A stretch of 32,000 nucleotides of DNA from Candidatus Saccharimonadota bacterium (GCF_003351905.1 NZ_CP022339.1:1020001-1052000); one strand, 5' to 3'; counted from the first letter of the stretch, positions 15,324 to 23,766 are shown. Notes: generated by a model not told the origin, from the sequence alone. Numbers and translations: made by a program.

Positions 15324-17396
15324 ATGATCGTTAGTCAAACAACCATTCAAGCCGTTCAGCGTGTTGCGCGCATTGAAGAGGTCGTAGCTGATTTTGTATC
15401 CCTTAAAAAAAAAGGGCAAAATTTTTGGGCCTGTTGTCCTTTTCATCATGAACAGACCCCTTCCTTTTCGGTATCTGCTACAAAAGGATTTTACAAATGT
15501 TTTGGATGTGATGCTGCTGGAGATGTTATCAATTTTGTACAACAGATAGAGGGCGTTACCTTTGTAGAGGCCATTACCGCTCTTGCCCAAAAGTATGGCA
15601 TACCGGTTGCATCAGCGGAAGAGCATACACAGGACTTGCAGGCTTATCAAGCCAAAGAAAGTCTCTATATGCTATTGAATTTAGCTAAGAATTATTATAC
15701 AGATCTGCTGTGGCATCATCCAGAAGCAGCTGCAGTAGCCCTGCCCTATTTGGCGCAACGGGCCATTCAACCTGAAATGGCCAAAAAGTTTGCGTTAGGG
15801 TATAGCCTGAATAGCTGGGATGGATTCTATACCTTTGCCATAGGAAAAGGCGTAACCTTAGAGCGATTGGTTGCGGCAGGCTTGGTGGTCCAAAATGGTA
15901 CGAAGATTTATGACCGTTTTCGAGGCAGGTTGATGTTTCCTATTCATAATGGTAGCGGACAAGTCGTTGCCTTTGGTGCGCGTCATATGGTTACGTTTGC
16001 GCAACCTACTTGTGATGTGCAATCTTTAGAAGCAGTACAATCGAGTGCTCCGGCATATGTGGCTGTATGTGCCGATCGTAGGCAAGATCCGATACCCGGA
16101 TGGCCATTAGCAACCGAGGTGCGTAAGCAGTCTACTGCTGTAGATAGCCCTAAGTATATTAATTCACCCGAAACCCTGGTCTACCAAAAGGGGAGCTTGC
16201 TATATGGGCTTTCTTTTGCCAAGCAATCCATCAGGCAGGCCAGCAATTGTTACCTTGTGGAAGGGTATACCGATGTATTGGCCTTTCATAGGGCAGGGGT
16301 AGAACAAGTAGTTGCTTCTGCCGGCACGGCGCTTACAGAAATCCAGATAGACGCGCTCTATCGTTTTACCGCTAAGGTGACCTTGGTTTTTGATGGAGAT
16401 CAAGCGGGTATGCAAGCTGCGGTGCGTGGCATAGATAAATTATTAACCAAGGGTCTTGAGGTCAAGGTCATATTGTTGCCTTCCGGGGAGGATCCAGATA
16501 GTTATCTCCGTAAGGTAGGCGTAGATGCTTTTAATCATTATATCCATTGTTCTGCGCAAGACTTTATTACCTTTAAGGCTGGGTTTTTACTTAATGCGTC
16601 TGTTGAACAGAGTCCAGTAGCACAAGCAAAAGCAATACGGGAGATTGTGCAAAGCATTGTTGCTATTCCAGATGAAATAGCGCGCACCCTATTTTTGAAA
16701 AAATGTAGCAAGCTTTTTGCTATAGAAGAAGCGGTGCTTGCAACGACCTATCGTGCATTACTGCATAAATCTACGCCAGTGTGGCGGCAAAAAAAAACAT
16801 TTACTACACCTCAGGGCAGGCCCACAACCAACCCCTATGTAGACCCTAAAAACCTTCCTTTAACCAGTAAGCTTACAGCAAGCATTGAAGCCTATGAGCG
16901 AGAAATTATGCGTATTCTATTGGCCTATGGTGCAACAAAAGTAGCTGAAGGCAAACCATTGTATACCTATATTTTCTTGGAGTTAGCGGATGTAACCTTT
17001 AGATCTACTGCGTGCAAAGTACTTTTTGAGTATTGTAAAGAAGTTGCTCAGCAAGGTGGTTTGGTAGATATGCAATGCTGTTTAGATAGTCAGGAAGCAG
17101 CCATTAGAAAAATAGCCATTGATTTAACCGCTTCCCCGCATGATATTAGTGAAGCTTGGGTCAAAAAATATGGCATTTATACGATGGAAGAGGGGCAAAA
17201 TGCACAAAGACTCAGCTTAGAGGTTATTCTTCGGCTAAAGATTCGTTTGGTACAAGAACTTATTGAGGAAAATAGAGCAGCCCTTACACAAGCATTGTCT
17301 GCAGATGAAGAGATGCAACTACTCAAAGTCCATCAATTGCTTAAAGATGCTGAGTGCAGCATTGCCCGGCAACTTGGTACCGTGGTGGTGCAGTAA
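15324..17396 (+). CDS. dnaG: DNA primase DnaG
   Basis: ORF 15282-17396. Preferred start is ATG 15324 (MIVSQTTIQAVQ...). It has the CHC2 zinc finger CPFHHEQTPSFSVSATKGFYKCFGCDAAGD, PKYINSPET, and Toprim motifs YLVEGYTDV and FDGDQAG. Confidence 0.9.
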   Translation: MIVSQTTIQAVQRVARIEEVVADFVSLKKKGQNFWACCPFHHEQTPSFSVSATKGFYKCFGCDAAGDVINFVQQIEGVTFVEAITALAQKYGIPVASAEEHTQDLQAYQAKESLYMLLNLAKNYYTDLLWHHPEAAAVALPYLAQRAIQPEMAKKFALGYSLNSWDGFYTFAIGKGVTLERLVAAGLVVQNGTKIYDRFRGRLMFPIHNGSGQVVAFGARHMVTFAQPTCDVQSLEAVQSSAPAYVAVCADRRQDPIPGWPLATEVRKQSTAVDSPKYINSPETLVYQKGSLLYGLSFAKQSIRQASNCYLVEGYTDVLAFHRAGVEQVVASAGTALTEIQIDALYRFTAKVTLVFDGDQAGMQAAVRGIDKLLTKGLEVKVILLPSGEDPDSYLRKVGVDAFNHYIHCSAQDFITFKAGFLLNASVEQSPVAQAKAIREIVQSIVAIPDEIARTLFLKKCSKLFAIEEAVLATTYRALLHKSTPVWRQKKTFTTPQGRPTTNPYVDPKNLPLTSKLTASIEAYEREIMRILLAYGATKVAEGKPLYTYIFLELADVTFRSTACKVLFEYCKEVAQQGGLVDMQCCLDSQEAAIRKIAIDLTASPHDISEAWVKKYGIYTMEEGQNAQRLSLEVILRLKIRLVQELIEENRAALTQALSADEEMQLLKVHQLLKDAECSIARQLGTVVVQ

Positions 17397-17403
17397 AGGA
17401 ATG

Positions 17404-17445
17404 TTTATTCTTACTTTTTTCTTGATAAAAAAGTGGGCAAAAAAA
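17404..17445 (-). repeat. Isolated terminal-hairpin module of family 1, inverted orientation, 8 nt after the dnaG stop
   Basis: tttattcttacttttttcttgataaaaaagtgggcaaaaaaa is almost the exact reverse complement of 4734-4774 (tttttttgcccacttttttatcaagaaaaaagtggaataaa). It lies between the convergent genes dnaG and tRNA-Arg. Confidence 0.7.
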
Positions 17446-17478
17446 CCTTAAGTTGGAACGGTTGGATGCGTGATCTTG

Positions 17479-17552
17479 TGGACTTGAAGGGATTCGAACC
17501 CCTAACCGCTGCATCCGTAGTGCAGTGCTCTATCCAGTTGAGCTACAAGTCC
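17479..17552 (-). tRNA. tRNA-Arg (ACG)
   Basis: The reverse complement ggacttgtagctcaactggatagagcactgcactacggatgcagcggttaggggttcgaatcccttcaagtcca folds as a cloverleaf with anticodon loop cuACGga. Confidence 0.9.
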
Positions 17553-17629
17553 ATCCTTAAACTGTTATGCAAATTTAACAAACAAAAATTTATTTCAAAG
17601 TAATGTTTTGACATATTTAAAAAAAAAAG

Positions 17630-17637
17630 TACCTTTG
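17630..17637 (+). promoter_or_regulatory. Candidate Bacteroidota -7 promoter box TAnnTTTG (tacctttg) upstream of the OMP gene
   Basis: Exact match to the TAnnTTTG consensus, 38 nt before ATG 17675. A TTTG lies at 17612-17615, but its spacing is shorter than the usual -33 position. Confidence 0.3.
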
Positions 17638-17674
17638 TTAAGTAATATTTATGCACTATAATATCATTATCTAC

Positions 17675-18496
17675 ATGAAAAAGAAGCTCCTTCCTTTGTT
17701 ATTGTTTTTTATTTCTACGCATGTTACCCATGTAGTTGCTGTTGATGAGCCAGCGCGTGTCGCTGTGGATAGCCTGGAAGATCCATCTGATGCTTACTTG
17801 CCACTTGTACAAAATTATCCCAGCCTTATGTTGGAGCTGTTGCGGATGGATTATTTATACAATTTAAGTTCGAATCAATCTATACCGTTTCATAGCATGA
17901 AAAAATTGAATTGGTCTGGTTTATTGCGTGGAAATGGAGCTATGTTATATGCTATACGCCTCAACCAATCTCGTTTTGCTTTTTGTGCAGGGGTGGGTTG
18001 GAGTACATTGCATTATGCTTTTGCGGGTACAGAAGGTCAAGATGGTGAGGGTAAGCGGGTTTATCCAAGGCTCACAAGGAAGTCGGAATCGCGTACAGTG
18101 TGTGAAGCAATGGAGCATGAGCAAGGTAAGACTATATTGGGTGCTGCACTTAATATTCCTTTTATTGATTTGTTGTTGAGATTACGGTTTAATAGTGTTT
18201 TAGATGACCCTAAGGCAGGGTTTCATACTTGGTTGGGGGTTAAGCTTGGTTTGCGTCGACGTGCTTCGATGTTGATCGATTATAAAGAATATAGTGATTC
18301 AGGGACTTCTTCGGTTGAGCATGCTTATTTTAATTTAAAGCATTATGCTTGGGGTTTCCAAGCTGGCATTGGGTATAGCCGATTTGGCCTAACAGGTGGG
18401 TTTCACTTAACGCCTCTTTTTGAGAAAAATCAGGGTCCTGATCATGCCGATTCGCTTAGGCCTTTTTCTTTCGGTATCTATGTAGATCTCATATAG
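17675..18496 (+). CDS. Predicted outer-membrane beta-barrel (porin-family-like) protein
   Basis: ORF 17651-18496. Starting at ATG 17675 gives the signal peptide MKKKLLPLLLFFISTHVTHVVA. The rest has alternating amphipathic strands rich in G/Y/F (GFQAGIGYSRFGLTGGFHLTPLF) and ends in the beta-strand-like FSFGIYVDLI. Confidence 0.5.
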   Translation: MKKKLLPLLLFFISTHVTHVVAVDEPARVAVDSLEDPSDAYLPLVQNYPSLMLELLRMDYLYNLSSNQSIPFHSMKKLNWSGLLRGNGAMLYAIRLNQSRFAFCAGVGWSTLHYAFAGTEGQDGEGKRVYPRLTRKSESRTVCEAMEHEQGKTILGAALNIPFIDLLLRLRFNSVLDDPKAGFHTWLGVKLGLRRRASMLIDYKEYSDSGTSSVEHAYFNLKHYAWGFQAGIGYSRFGLTGGFHLTPLFEKNQGPDHADSLRPFSFGIYVDLI

Positions 18497-18597
18497 CCTA
18501 GCTTAGGCGTGGTGCTGTATGGGTTGCTTTATAATATTGAAAATAGAGTTTTTTGTGCCTAGAATTTATTTCTATTGTAGGAGAGGAATATTTTTTG

Positions 18598-18635
18598 TAG
18601 ATTTGCTTGACCTGTTTGGTTGGTAACTATATTAT
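18598..18635 (+). promoter_or_regulatory. Candidate promoter(s) for the tRNA-tuf cluster
   Basis: TAGATTTG (18598-18605) matches the Bacteroidota TAnnTTTG box. Overlapping it is a sigma70-like TTGACC (18607-18612), then 17 nt, then TATTAT (18630-18635), 28 nt upstream of tRNA-Tyr. Confidence 0.3.
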
Positions 18636-18663
18636 ATTTTCTCTATACTTTTTTACTGCAATT

Positions 18664-18744
18664 GGGGAGATGCCAGAGCGGCCAATTGGGGCGGACTGTA
18701 AATCCGTTGCGTAAGCTTCGAAGGTTCGAATCCTTCTCTCCCCA
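18664..18744 (+). tRNA. tRNA-Tyr (GUA), long variable arm
   Basis: ggggagatgccagagcggccaattggggcggactgtaaatccgttgcgtaagcttcgaaggttcgaatccttctctcccca with anticodon loop cuGUAaa. Confidence 0.9.
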
Positions 18745-18776
18745 CTAGTTAGCAGGGCGGGTACGGATATAATCAA

Positions 18777-18849
18777 GCGGGAGTAGCTCAGTTGGTAGAG
18801 CGGCAGCCTTCCAAGCTTCAGGTCGCGAGTTCGATCCTCGTCTCCCGCT
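18777..18849 (+). tRNA. tRNA-Gly (UCC)
   Basis: gcgggagtagctcagttggtagagcggcagccttccaagcttcaggtcgcgagttcgatcctcgtctcccgct with anticodon loop cuUCCaa. There is one C-U mismatch in the anticodon stem. Confidence 0.85.
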
Positions 18850-18865
18850 CTTTGGTTTCTATAGG

Positions 18866-18940
18866 GCCGGTGTAGCTCAGTGGTAGAGTGCTTCCTTGGT
18901 AAGGAAGAGGTCACGGGTTCAAGTCCCGTCATTGGCTCCA
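18866..18940 (+). tRNA. tRNA-Thr (GGU), CCA encoded
   Basis: gccggtgtagctcagtggtagagtgcttccttggtaaggaagaggtcacgggttcaagtcccgtcattggctcca with anticodon loop uuGGUaa. Confidence 0.9.
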
Positions 18941-19035
18941 TTTTGGAATAGGGCTGAGGAGGTTGGTTTGTAGGTAGATCCAAAAAATATTGGATAAATG
19001 CGTTATTTTATTGAAAATCTAAAGAATTATAAACT

Positions 19036-20223
19036 ATGGCAAAGGAGACATTTAATCGGTTAAAACCCCATGTGAACATTGGTACCATTGGGCACGTTGA
19101 CCATGGCAAAACCACCCTGACGGCTGCTATTACTACTGTTTTATCTAAAGAAGGGTTGGCAGAAAAAAAAGATTTTTCAGCTATTGATGCGGCTCCAGAG
19201 GAAAAAGAACGGGGTATTACCATTAATACTGCGCACGTAGAATACCAAACTAAAAATAGGCATTATGCCCATGTGGATTGTCCAGGCCATAAGGATTATG
19301 TTAAAAATATGATTACGGGTGCTGCGCAAATGGATGGTGCTGTTCTCTTAGTAGCGGCTACAGATGGTGCGATGCCTCAAACCAGGGAGCATATTCTTTT
19401 GGCTAGTCAAATTGGCGTGCCGCGTATTGTCGTATTTTTGAATAAAGTGGATCTGGTAGAAGATCCTGAAATGCTGGAATTGGTAGAGTTAGAGATTAGA
19501 GAGCTCTTGAATACCTATAAATTTGATGGCGATAATACCCCTATTATTCGTGGTTCTGCGTTGGGTGCGTTGAATGGAGAGCCGGAGTGGGAAGCTAAAG
19601 TAGGGGAGTTGATGGAGGCAGTAGATACGTATATTCCGCTTCCGGTGCGTTTGGTAGATCAAGATTTCTTAATGCCTGTAGAAGGGGTATGTACCATTAC
19701 AGGTCGTGGAACCGTTGTAACTGGTAGAATTGAAAAAGGTGTGATTACAACAAGTAGTCCTGTTGAAATTATTGGTATGGGGGCAGAAAAGTTGACTTCT
19801 ACAGTTACGGGCGTTGAAATGTTCCGCAAAAACTTGGATAGGGGCGAGGCTGGTGACAATGTTGGGCTGCTGTTGCGTGGGGTTGATAAGTCTTCTATTC
19901 AACGTGGTATGGTGATTTGCAAGCCAGGCAGCGTGAAACCGCATAGTAGGTTTAAAGCTGAGGTATATGTATTAACCAAACAAGAAGGAGGGCGTCATAC
20001 TCCATTCTTTAACAAGTATAGGCCTCAGTGTTACTTTAGGACAACAGATGTTACGGGTGAAGTAAAACTGCCTGAAGGCGTTGAAATGGTTATGCCAGGT
20101 GATAATGTGAACCTAGAAATTACACTTATCCATAGCATTGCTATGGAAGTAGGGTTGCGGTTTGCAATTCGTGAAGGCGGTAGGACGGTTGGTGCTGGAA
20201 GGGTGACTGGGATTATTGAATAA
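19036..20223 (+). CDS. tuf: Translation elongation factor Tu
   Basis: 395 aa with [24 protein letters not shown] and [13 protein letters not shown]. It has the classical tRNA-tuf-tRNA-Trp-secE context. Confidence 0.98.
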   Translation: MAKETFNRLKPHVNIGTIGHVDHGKTTLTAAITTVLSKEGLAEKKDFSAIDAAPEEKERGITINTAHVEYQTKNRHYAHVDCPGHKDYVKNMITGAAQMDGAVLLVAATDGAMPQTREHILLASQIGVPRIVVFLNKVDLVEDPEMLELVELEIRELLNTYKFDGDNTPIIRGSALGALNGEPEWEAKVGELMEAVDTYIPLPVRLVDQDFLMPVEGVCTITGRGTVVTGRIEKGVITTSSPVEIIGMGAEKLTSTVTGVEMFRKNLDRGEAGDNVGLLLRGVDKSSIQRGMVICKPGSVKPHSRFKAEVYVLTKQEGGRHTPFFNKYRPQCYFRTTDVTGEVKLPEGVEMVMPGDNVNLEITLIHSIAMEVGLRFAIREGGRTVGAGRVTGIIE

Positions 20224-20304
20224 TTCATTTGCCTGGTTGCTAGTTGCCTGTTTAGCCTAGTAAGAGCTGGTTTCGTTTTGCTTGTAATTTCATGGTATAA
20301 ACAA

Positions 20305-20377
20305 TACGGGTGTAGCTCAACTGGTAGAGTGGTGGTCTCCAAAACCATAGGCTGGGAGTTCGAGTCTCTCCACCCGT
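20305..20377 (+). tRNA. tRNA-Trp (CCA)
   Basis: acgggtgtagctcaactggtagagtggtggtctccaaaaccataggctgggagttcgagtctctccacccgtg with anticodon loop cuCCAaa. Confidence 0.9.
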
Positions 20378-20389
20378 GCATCAAATAAT

Positions 20390-20581
20390 ATGTCAAAAGC
20401 AAAGATATTTATACAGAATCTGATACAGGAAGTAAGGTATAAGATTACTTGGCCTCCCTACCATAGGTTGCAAAATAGTGCGGTGCTTGTACTTGTAGCC
20501 TCCTTTATATTTGCGCTTCTTATTGGGCTCATGGATTGGTCTTTAAAAAAAGCTTTTGTCTGGTTTTATAATGCTTTTTAA
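20390..20581 (+). CDS. secE: Preprotein translocase subunit SecE
   Basis: 63 aa with a single C-terminal TM helix (AVLVLVASFIFALLIGLMDW) after VRYKITWP. It sits in the conserved position before nusG. Confidence 0.9.
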   Translation: MSKAKIFIQNLIQEVRYKITWPPYHRLQNSAVLVLVASFIFALLIGLMDWSLKKAFVWFYNAF

Positions 20582-20590
20582 ACAATGGAC

Positions 20591-20728
20591 CTCTTTCATA
20601 GCCTATTTGTGATGCGCAATTTTTGGGAGCAGCGTAGTCGCGAACCGGAGAATGCTACATGTATTTGAGGAGTATAGATCAGCTTCGGCACCAAAATTGC
20701 CATTAGAAATAGATTATGAAAGGGATCA
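20591..20728. repeat. Palindromic insertion-like element between secE and nusG
   Basis: The 34-nt arm 20593-20626 (ctttcatagcctatttgtgatgcgcaatttttgg) pairs with 20691-20722 (ccaaaattgccattagaaatagattatgaaag) at about 28 positions. AATGGAC occurs on both sides (20584-20590 and 20729-20735). The interior resembles the rplJ-rplL spacer repeat. Confidence 0.6.
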
Positions 20729-20742
20729 AATGGACGAGTTGA

Positions 20743-21297
20743 ATGAATGCGTTAGAATGGTATGTGCTTAAAGTAGTTGCTAAGCAAGAAGAAAAAATAA
20801 AGGCTAATCTGCACGCAGAGCTTGTAAAAAATAATTTACAGTCTGTTGTTGGTGAGCTATTCATACCTTATGAAAAGGTATATGAAATACGTGCTGGGAA
20901 AAAATATGTAAAAAATAGACATTTGTTTCCTGGATATATTTTCTTGCAAGCAGATTTATCCAATGGGCTTCTGGTACAGTTGCTAAAAAGTATAACAGGT
21001 GCTTTAGGTTTCTTAGGGGTTAGAGGGTGGCGTGGTACACCTGTTCCATTGAATCAGGCGGAAGTAGACCGTATTATAGGTAAAACCAAGAATCTTGAGC
21101 CTAGCGATCTAAAGTTGCATGCTATTTTTGCGCTAGGGGAGGTAGTTGAAATCATAGATGGCCCTTTTTCCGGTTTTTCCGGCAAGGTGCAAGAGATTTT
21201 TGAAGAAAAGAAAACGCTCAATGTGGTGGTTAAAATTTTTGATGAGCGGAGTACGCCTGTAGAGTTAAGTTACACGCAGGTTAAAAAGACTTTTTAA
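20743..21297 (+). CDS. nusG: Transcription termination/antitermination factor NusG
   Basis: 184 aa with an NGN N-terminus (EWYVLKVVAKQEEKIK, FPGYIFLQ) and a C-terminal KOW domain (GEVVEIIDGPFSGFSGKV). Confidence 0.95.
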   Translation: MNALEWYVLKVVAKQEEKIKANLHAELVKNNLQSVVGELFIPYEKVYEIRAGKKYVKNRHLFPGYIFLQADLSNGLLVQLLKSITGALGFLGVRGWRGTPVPLNQAEVDRIIGKTKNLEPSDLKLHAIFALGEVVEIIDGPFSGFSGKVQEIFEEKKTLNVVVKIFDERSTPVELSYTQVKKTF

Positions 21298-21325
21298 TAG
21301 ACTATGTTGGCAATGCGCCTTCTGT

Positions 21326-21424
21326 TGGTCATTTGTACGTTGATCCGGTGCTTATATCCTCACGTATAGCGCTTACGTTATGGTTTTGTGCATCGTTTTG
21401 TCTGCAAGTCCTTCCGCATAAGCG
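21326..21424 (+). repeat. Ribosomal-operon spacer repeat, copy N (nusG-rplK spacer)
   Basis: tggtcatttgtacgttgatccggtg...cacgtatagc...ctgcaagtccttccgcataagcg matches the reverse complement of 23201-23297 over its whole length. The ends are nearly identical and the middle is more diverged. Confidence 0.7.
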
Positions 21425-21492
21425 CGTTGCGCAAGCAATCTAGTCGCGGGGGGCGCATCTGCGCCAATGATTTTTATAAAATGCATATAGTT

Positions 21493-21936
21493 ATGTCTAA
21501 GCCAGTTTTAGGTTATGTAAGGTTACGGGTTAAGGGCGGTTCAGCCAATCCATCTCCACCAGTAGGTCCAGCATTGGGTAGTAAGGGTATCAATATCATG
21601 GAGTTCTGTAAGCAGTTTAATGCTAGAACAAAGGATCAACAAGGAGAAATTGTACCGGTCATCATTACCGTTTATCAAGATAAGTCTTTTGACTTCATTA
21701 TTAAAACATCCCCTGCTGTTGTTTCTATTATGAAACTTGCGGGCATCACAAAAGGTTCCCCTGAATCCAATAGGCGTAAGGTGGCCACGATTAACTGGGA
21801 GCAGATTAAGCAAATTGCAATGGATAAACTTCCAGATTTAAATACCTTAAATGTAGATGCCGCCATGCGCATGATCGCTGGAACAGCAAGAAGTATGGGT
21901 GTTACGATACAAGGTGCTGCCCCTTGGGTTAAATAA
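21493..21936 (+). CDS. rplK: 50S ribosomal protein L11
   Basis: Within ORF 21388-21936. From ATG 21493 it reads [43 protein letters not shown], the canonical L11 N-terminus. The upstream extension reads through the spacer repeat. Confidence 0.95.
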   Translation: MSKPVLGYVRLRVKGGSANPSPPVGPALGSKGINIMEFCKQFNARTKDQQGEIVPVIITVYQDKSFDFIIKTSPAVVSIMKLAGITKGSPESNRRKVATINWEQIKQIAMDKLPDLNTLNVDAAMRMIAGTARSMGVTIQGAAPWVK

Positions 21937-21947
21937 AAGATAGGAAA

Positions 21948-22634
21948 ATGGCCATTCAAAAAAGAGATAAACGTACGGTTGCTTCCAAAGAAGCCTATAA
22001 TTTAAACGAGGCTGTTCAGCTGGTGCAAAAAAATACTTTTACAAAGTTTGATGCCTCCATGGATGTTGCCGTTCGTTTGGGTGTGGATCCTAAAAAATCT
22101 GATCAAATGGTCAGAGGAACGGTATTGCTGCCACATGGAACGGGTAAATCTTGCAGAATTTTAGTGCTCTGTACAGCTGATAAAGAGCAGGAAGCCAAAC
22201 AGGCTGGCGCTGACTATGTAGGGTTAGATGACTATATAGAAAAGATAGCCGCGGGGTGGACGGATGTAGATGTGATTATTACTATGCCAACCGTTATGAT
22301 TAAACTGGGCAAGTTGGGTAAAATATTAGGCCCGCGTGGTCTAATGCCTAATCCTAAAGTTGGTACCGTAACCATGGATGTGGCTAAGATGGTCCAAGAG
22401 GTTAAGAGCGGAAAGGTCAGCTTTAAGGTGGATAAGTATGGCATTGTACATAGTAGTGTAGGTCGTGTATCTTTCTCCCAAGAAAAGATCGTCGAGAATG
22501 TGATGGAGCTGTTACGAGCAATTGTTAAGTTAAAGCCTGCTTCCTCAAAAGGGCTTTATGTAAATAGTATTAGCCTTTCTAGCACGATGAGTAGAGGCGT
22601 TTTCGTAGATAGGAGCATTGCCGTTGGGCTTTAG
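21948..22634 (+). CDS. rplA: 50S ribosomal protein L1
   Basis: 228 aa with [34 protein letters not shown], typical of L1. Confidence 0.95.
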   Translation: MAIQKRDKRTVASKEAYNLNEAVQLVQKNTFTKFDASMDVAVRLGVDPKKSDQMVRGTVLLPHGTGKSCRILVLCTADKEQEAKQAGADYVGLDDYIEKIAAGWTDVDVIITMPTVMIKLGKLGKILGPRGLMPNPKVGTVTMDVAKMVQEVKSGKVSFKVDKYGIVHSSVGRVSFSQEKIVENVMELLRAIVKLKPASSKGLYVNSISLSSTMSRGVFVDRSIAVGL

Positions 22635-22638
22635 AAAA

Positions 22639-23178
22639 ATGAAACGAGAAGAAAAATTACAGGTTATTGAAGGTCTAGTGGAAAAATTTTCCACTTTTGA
22701 CTGTTTTTATGTGATAAACGCTATGGGTCTCACCGTGGAGCAGGTAAACAAGTTTAGAAAAAATTGTGCGGACCAAAATATAGTTTATCAAGTAGCTAAG
22801 AATACATTGATCCAGAAGGCGCTGGAACGATCTGAAAAATGTGCCGCCTATGCGGGCACTTTTTCAAGTGTACTGAAAGGGTTTTCTGGTATTTTGTTTA
22901 GCCGTGACAGTGGGCGTGCTCCCGGAAAAATGTTAAAAGCTTTTTTGGAAGCTGAAAAATTAAGTTTTCCGGTGTTGAAAGGTGCGGCTATTCATGGTGA
23001 TCTATTTATTGGCGCGACACACTTAGATGCATTGAGTAACCTAAAATCCAAAGAGGAGATTTTGGGCGATATCATGGCGCTTTTGAAAGCACCTATCTTA
23101 AATGTTGTGGCAGCGATTCAATCTGGAGAAAGACGTTTAATGGGCGTAGTAGAAACTTTATCGAAAGCATCCGCTTAA
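22639..23178 (+). CDS. rplJ: 50S ribosomal protein L10
   Basis: ORF 22618-23178. Preferred start is ATG 22639 (MKREEKLQVIEGLVEKF...), 4 nt after the rplA stop. It is L10-like throughout and precedes rplL. Confidence 0.9.
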   Translation: MKREEKLQVIEGLVEKFSTFDCFYVINAMGLTVEQVNKFRKNCADQNIVYQVAKNTLIQKALERSEKCAAYAGTFSSVLKGFSGILFSRDSGRAPGKMLKAFLEAEKLSFPVLKGAAIHGDLFIGATHLDALSNLKSKEEILGDIMALLKAPILNVVAAIQSGERRLMGVVETLSKASA

Positions 23179-23200
23179 CAAGCGTACTACTTTCGTAGCC

Positions 23201-23297
23201 CGCTTATGCGGAGGAGCTTGTAGGCGACACGGCGCATAAAACGCAGCCTACGAGCTATACGTGGGGGTGTAACACCGGATCAACGTGCAAATGACCA
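23201..23297 (-). repeat. Ribosomal-operon spacer repeat, copy J (rplJ-rplL spacer), inverted relative to copy N
   Basis: The reverse complement tggtcatttgcacgttgatccggtgttacacccccacgtatagc...ctacaagctcctccgcataagcg aligns with 21326-21424. Confidence 0.7.
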
Positions 23298-23373
23298 GTA
23301 GCGTCTCGAAAGACGTCTAAGGAGCGTTACTGTATTTTTATATCTATCTAAATTGTATAAACCTTTATAAATT

Positions 23374-23751
23374 ATGGCCGAGTTAAAAGTTTTAGCCGAA
23401 CAACTTATTAAGTTAACGATTAAAGAGGCAAACGAGCTATCTGATATTTTGAAAAATGACTATGGTATTGAGCCTGCTGCTGCCGCTCCTATGATGATGG
23501 CAGCAGGTCCTGCTGCTACAGTTGAAGCAGCACCAGCAAAAACAACCTTTGATGTGGTTGTAAAATCAGGAGGTGCTGCTAAGCTAGCAGTGGTTAAATT
23601 GGTAAAAGAAATCACAGGGTTGACTCTGAAAGAAGCGAAGGAGTTTGTGGATGGTGTGCCAGGTACGATGAAGGAAAACCTTCCTAAGGAAGAAGCAGAG
23701 ACGATAAAAAGAAAGTTAGAAGAGGCTGGTGCAGAGGTTGAGTTAAAGTAA
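23374..23751 (+). CDS. rplL: 50S ribosomal protein L7/L12
   Basis: 125 aa with an Ala-rich hinge ([21 protein letters not shown]) and the C-terminal domain [25 protein letters not shown]...[10 protein letters not shown]. Confidence 0.97.
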   Translation: MAELKVLAEQLIKLTIKEANELSDILKNDYGIEPAAAAPMMMAAGPAATVEAAPAKTTFDVVVKSGGAAKLAVVKLVKEITGLTLKEAKEFVDGVPGTMKENLPKEEAETIKRKLEEAGAEVELK

Positions 23752-23766
23752 CCTGGTCACACCTTT

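Noticed and set aside
18627-18983. A 118-aa minus-strand ORF spanning the tRNA-Tyr/Gly/Thr cluster, and likewise 10061-10258 (-) over tRNA-fMet and 20031-20402 (-) over the tuf 3' end and tRNA-Trp.
   Set aside because: They overlap well-supported tRNA genes or tuf in antisense. These are typical spurious ORFs.
21388-21492. The 35-codon N-terminal extension of the rplK ORF ([35 protein letters not shown]).
   Set aside because: L11 begins at MSKPVLGYV (ATG 21493). The extension reads through the spacer repeat and has no homology expectation.
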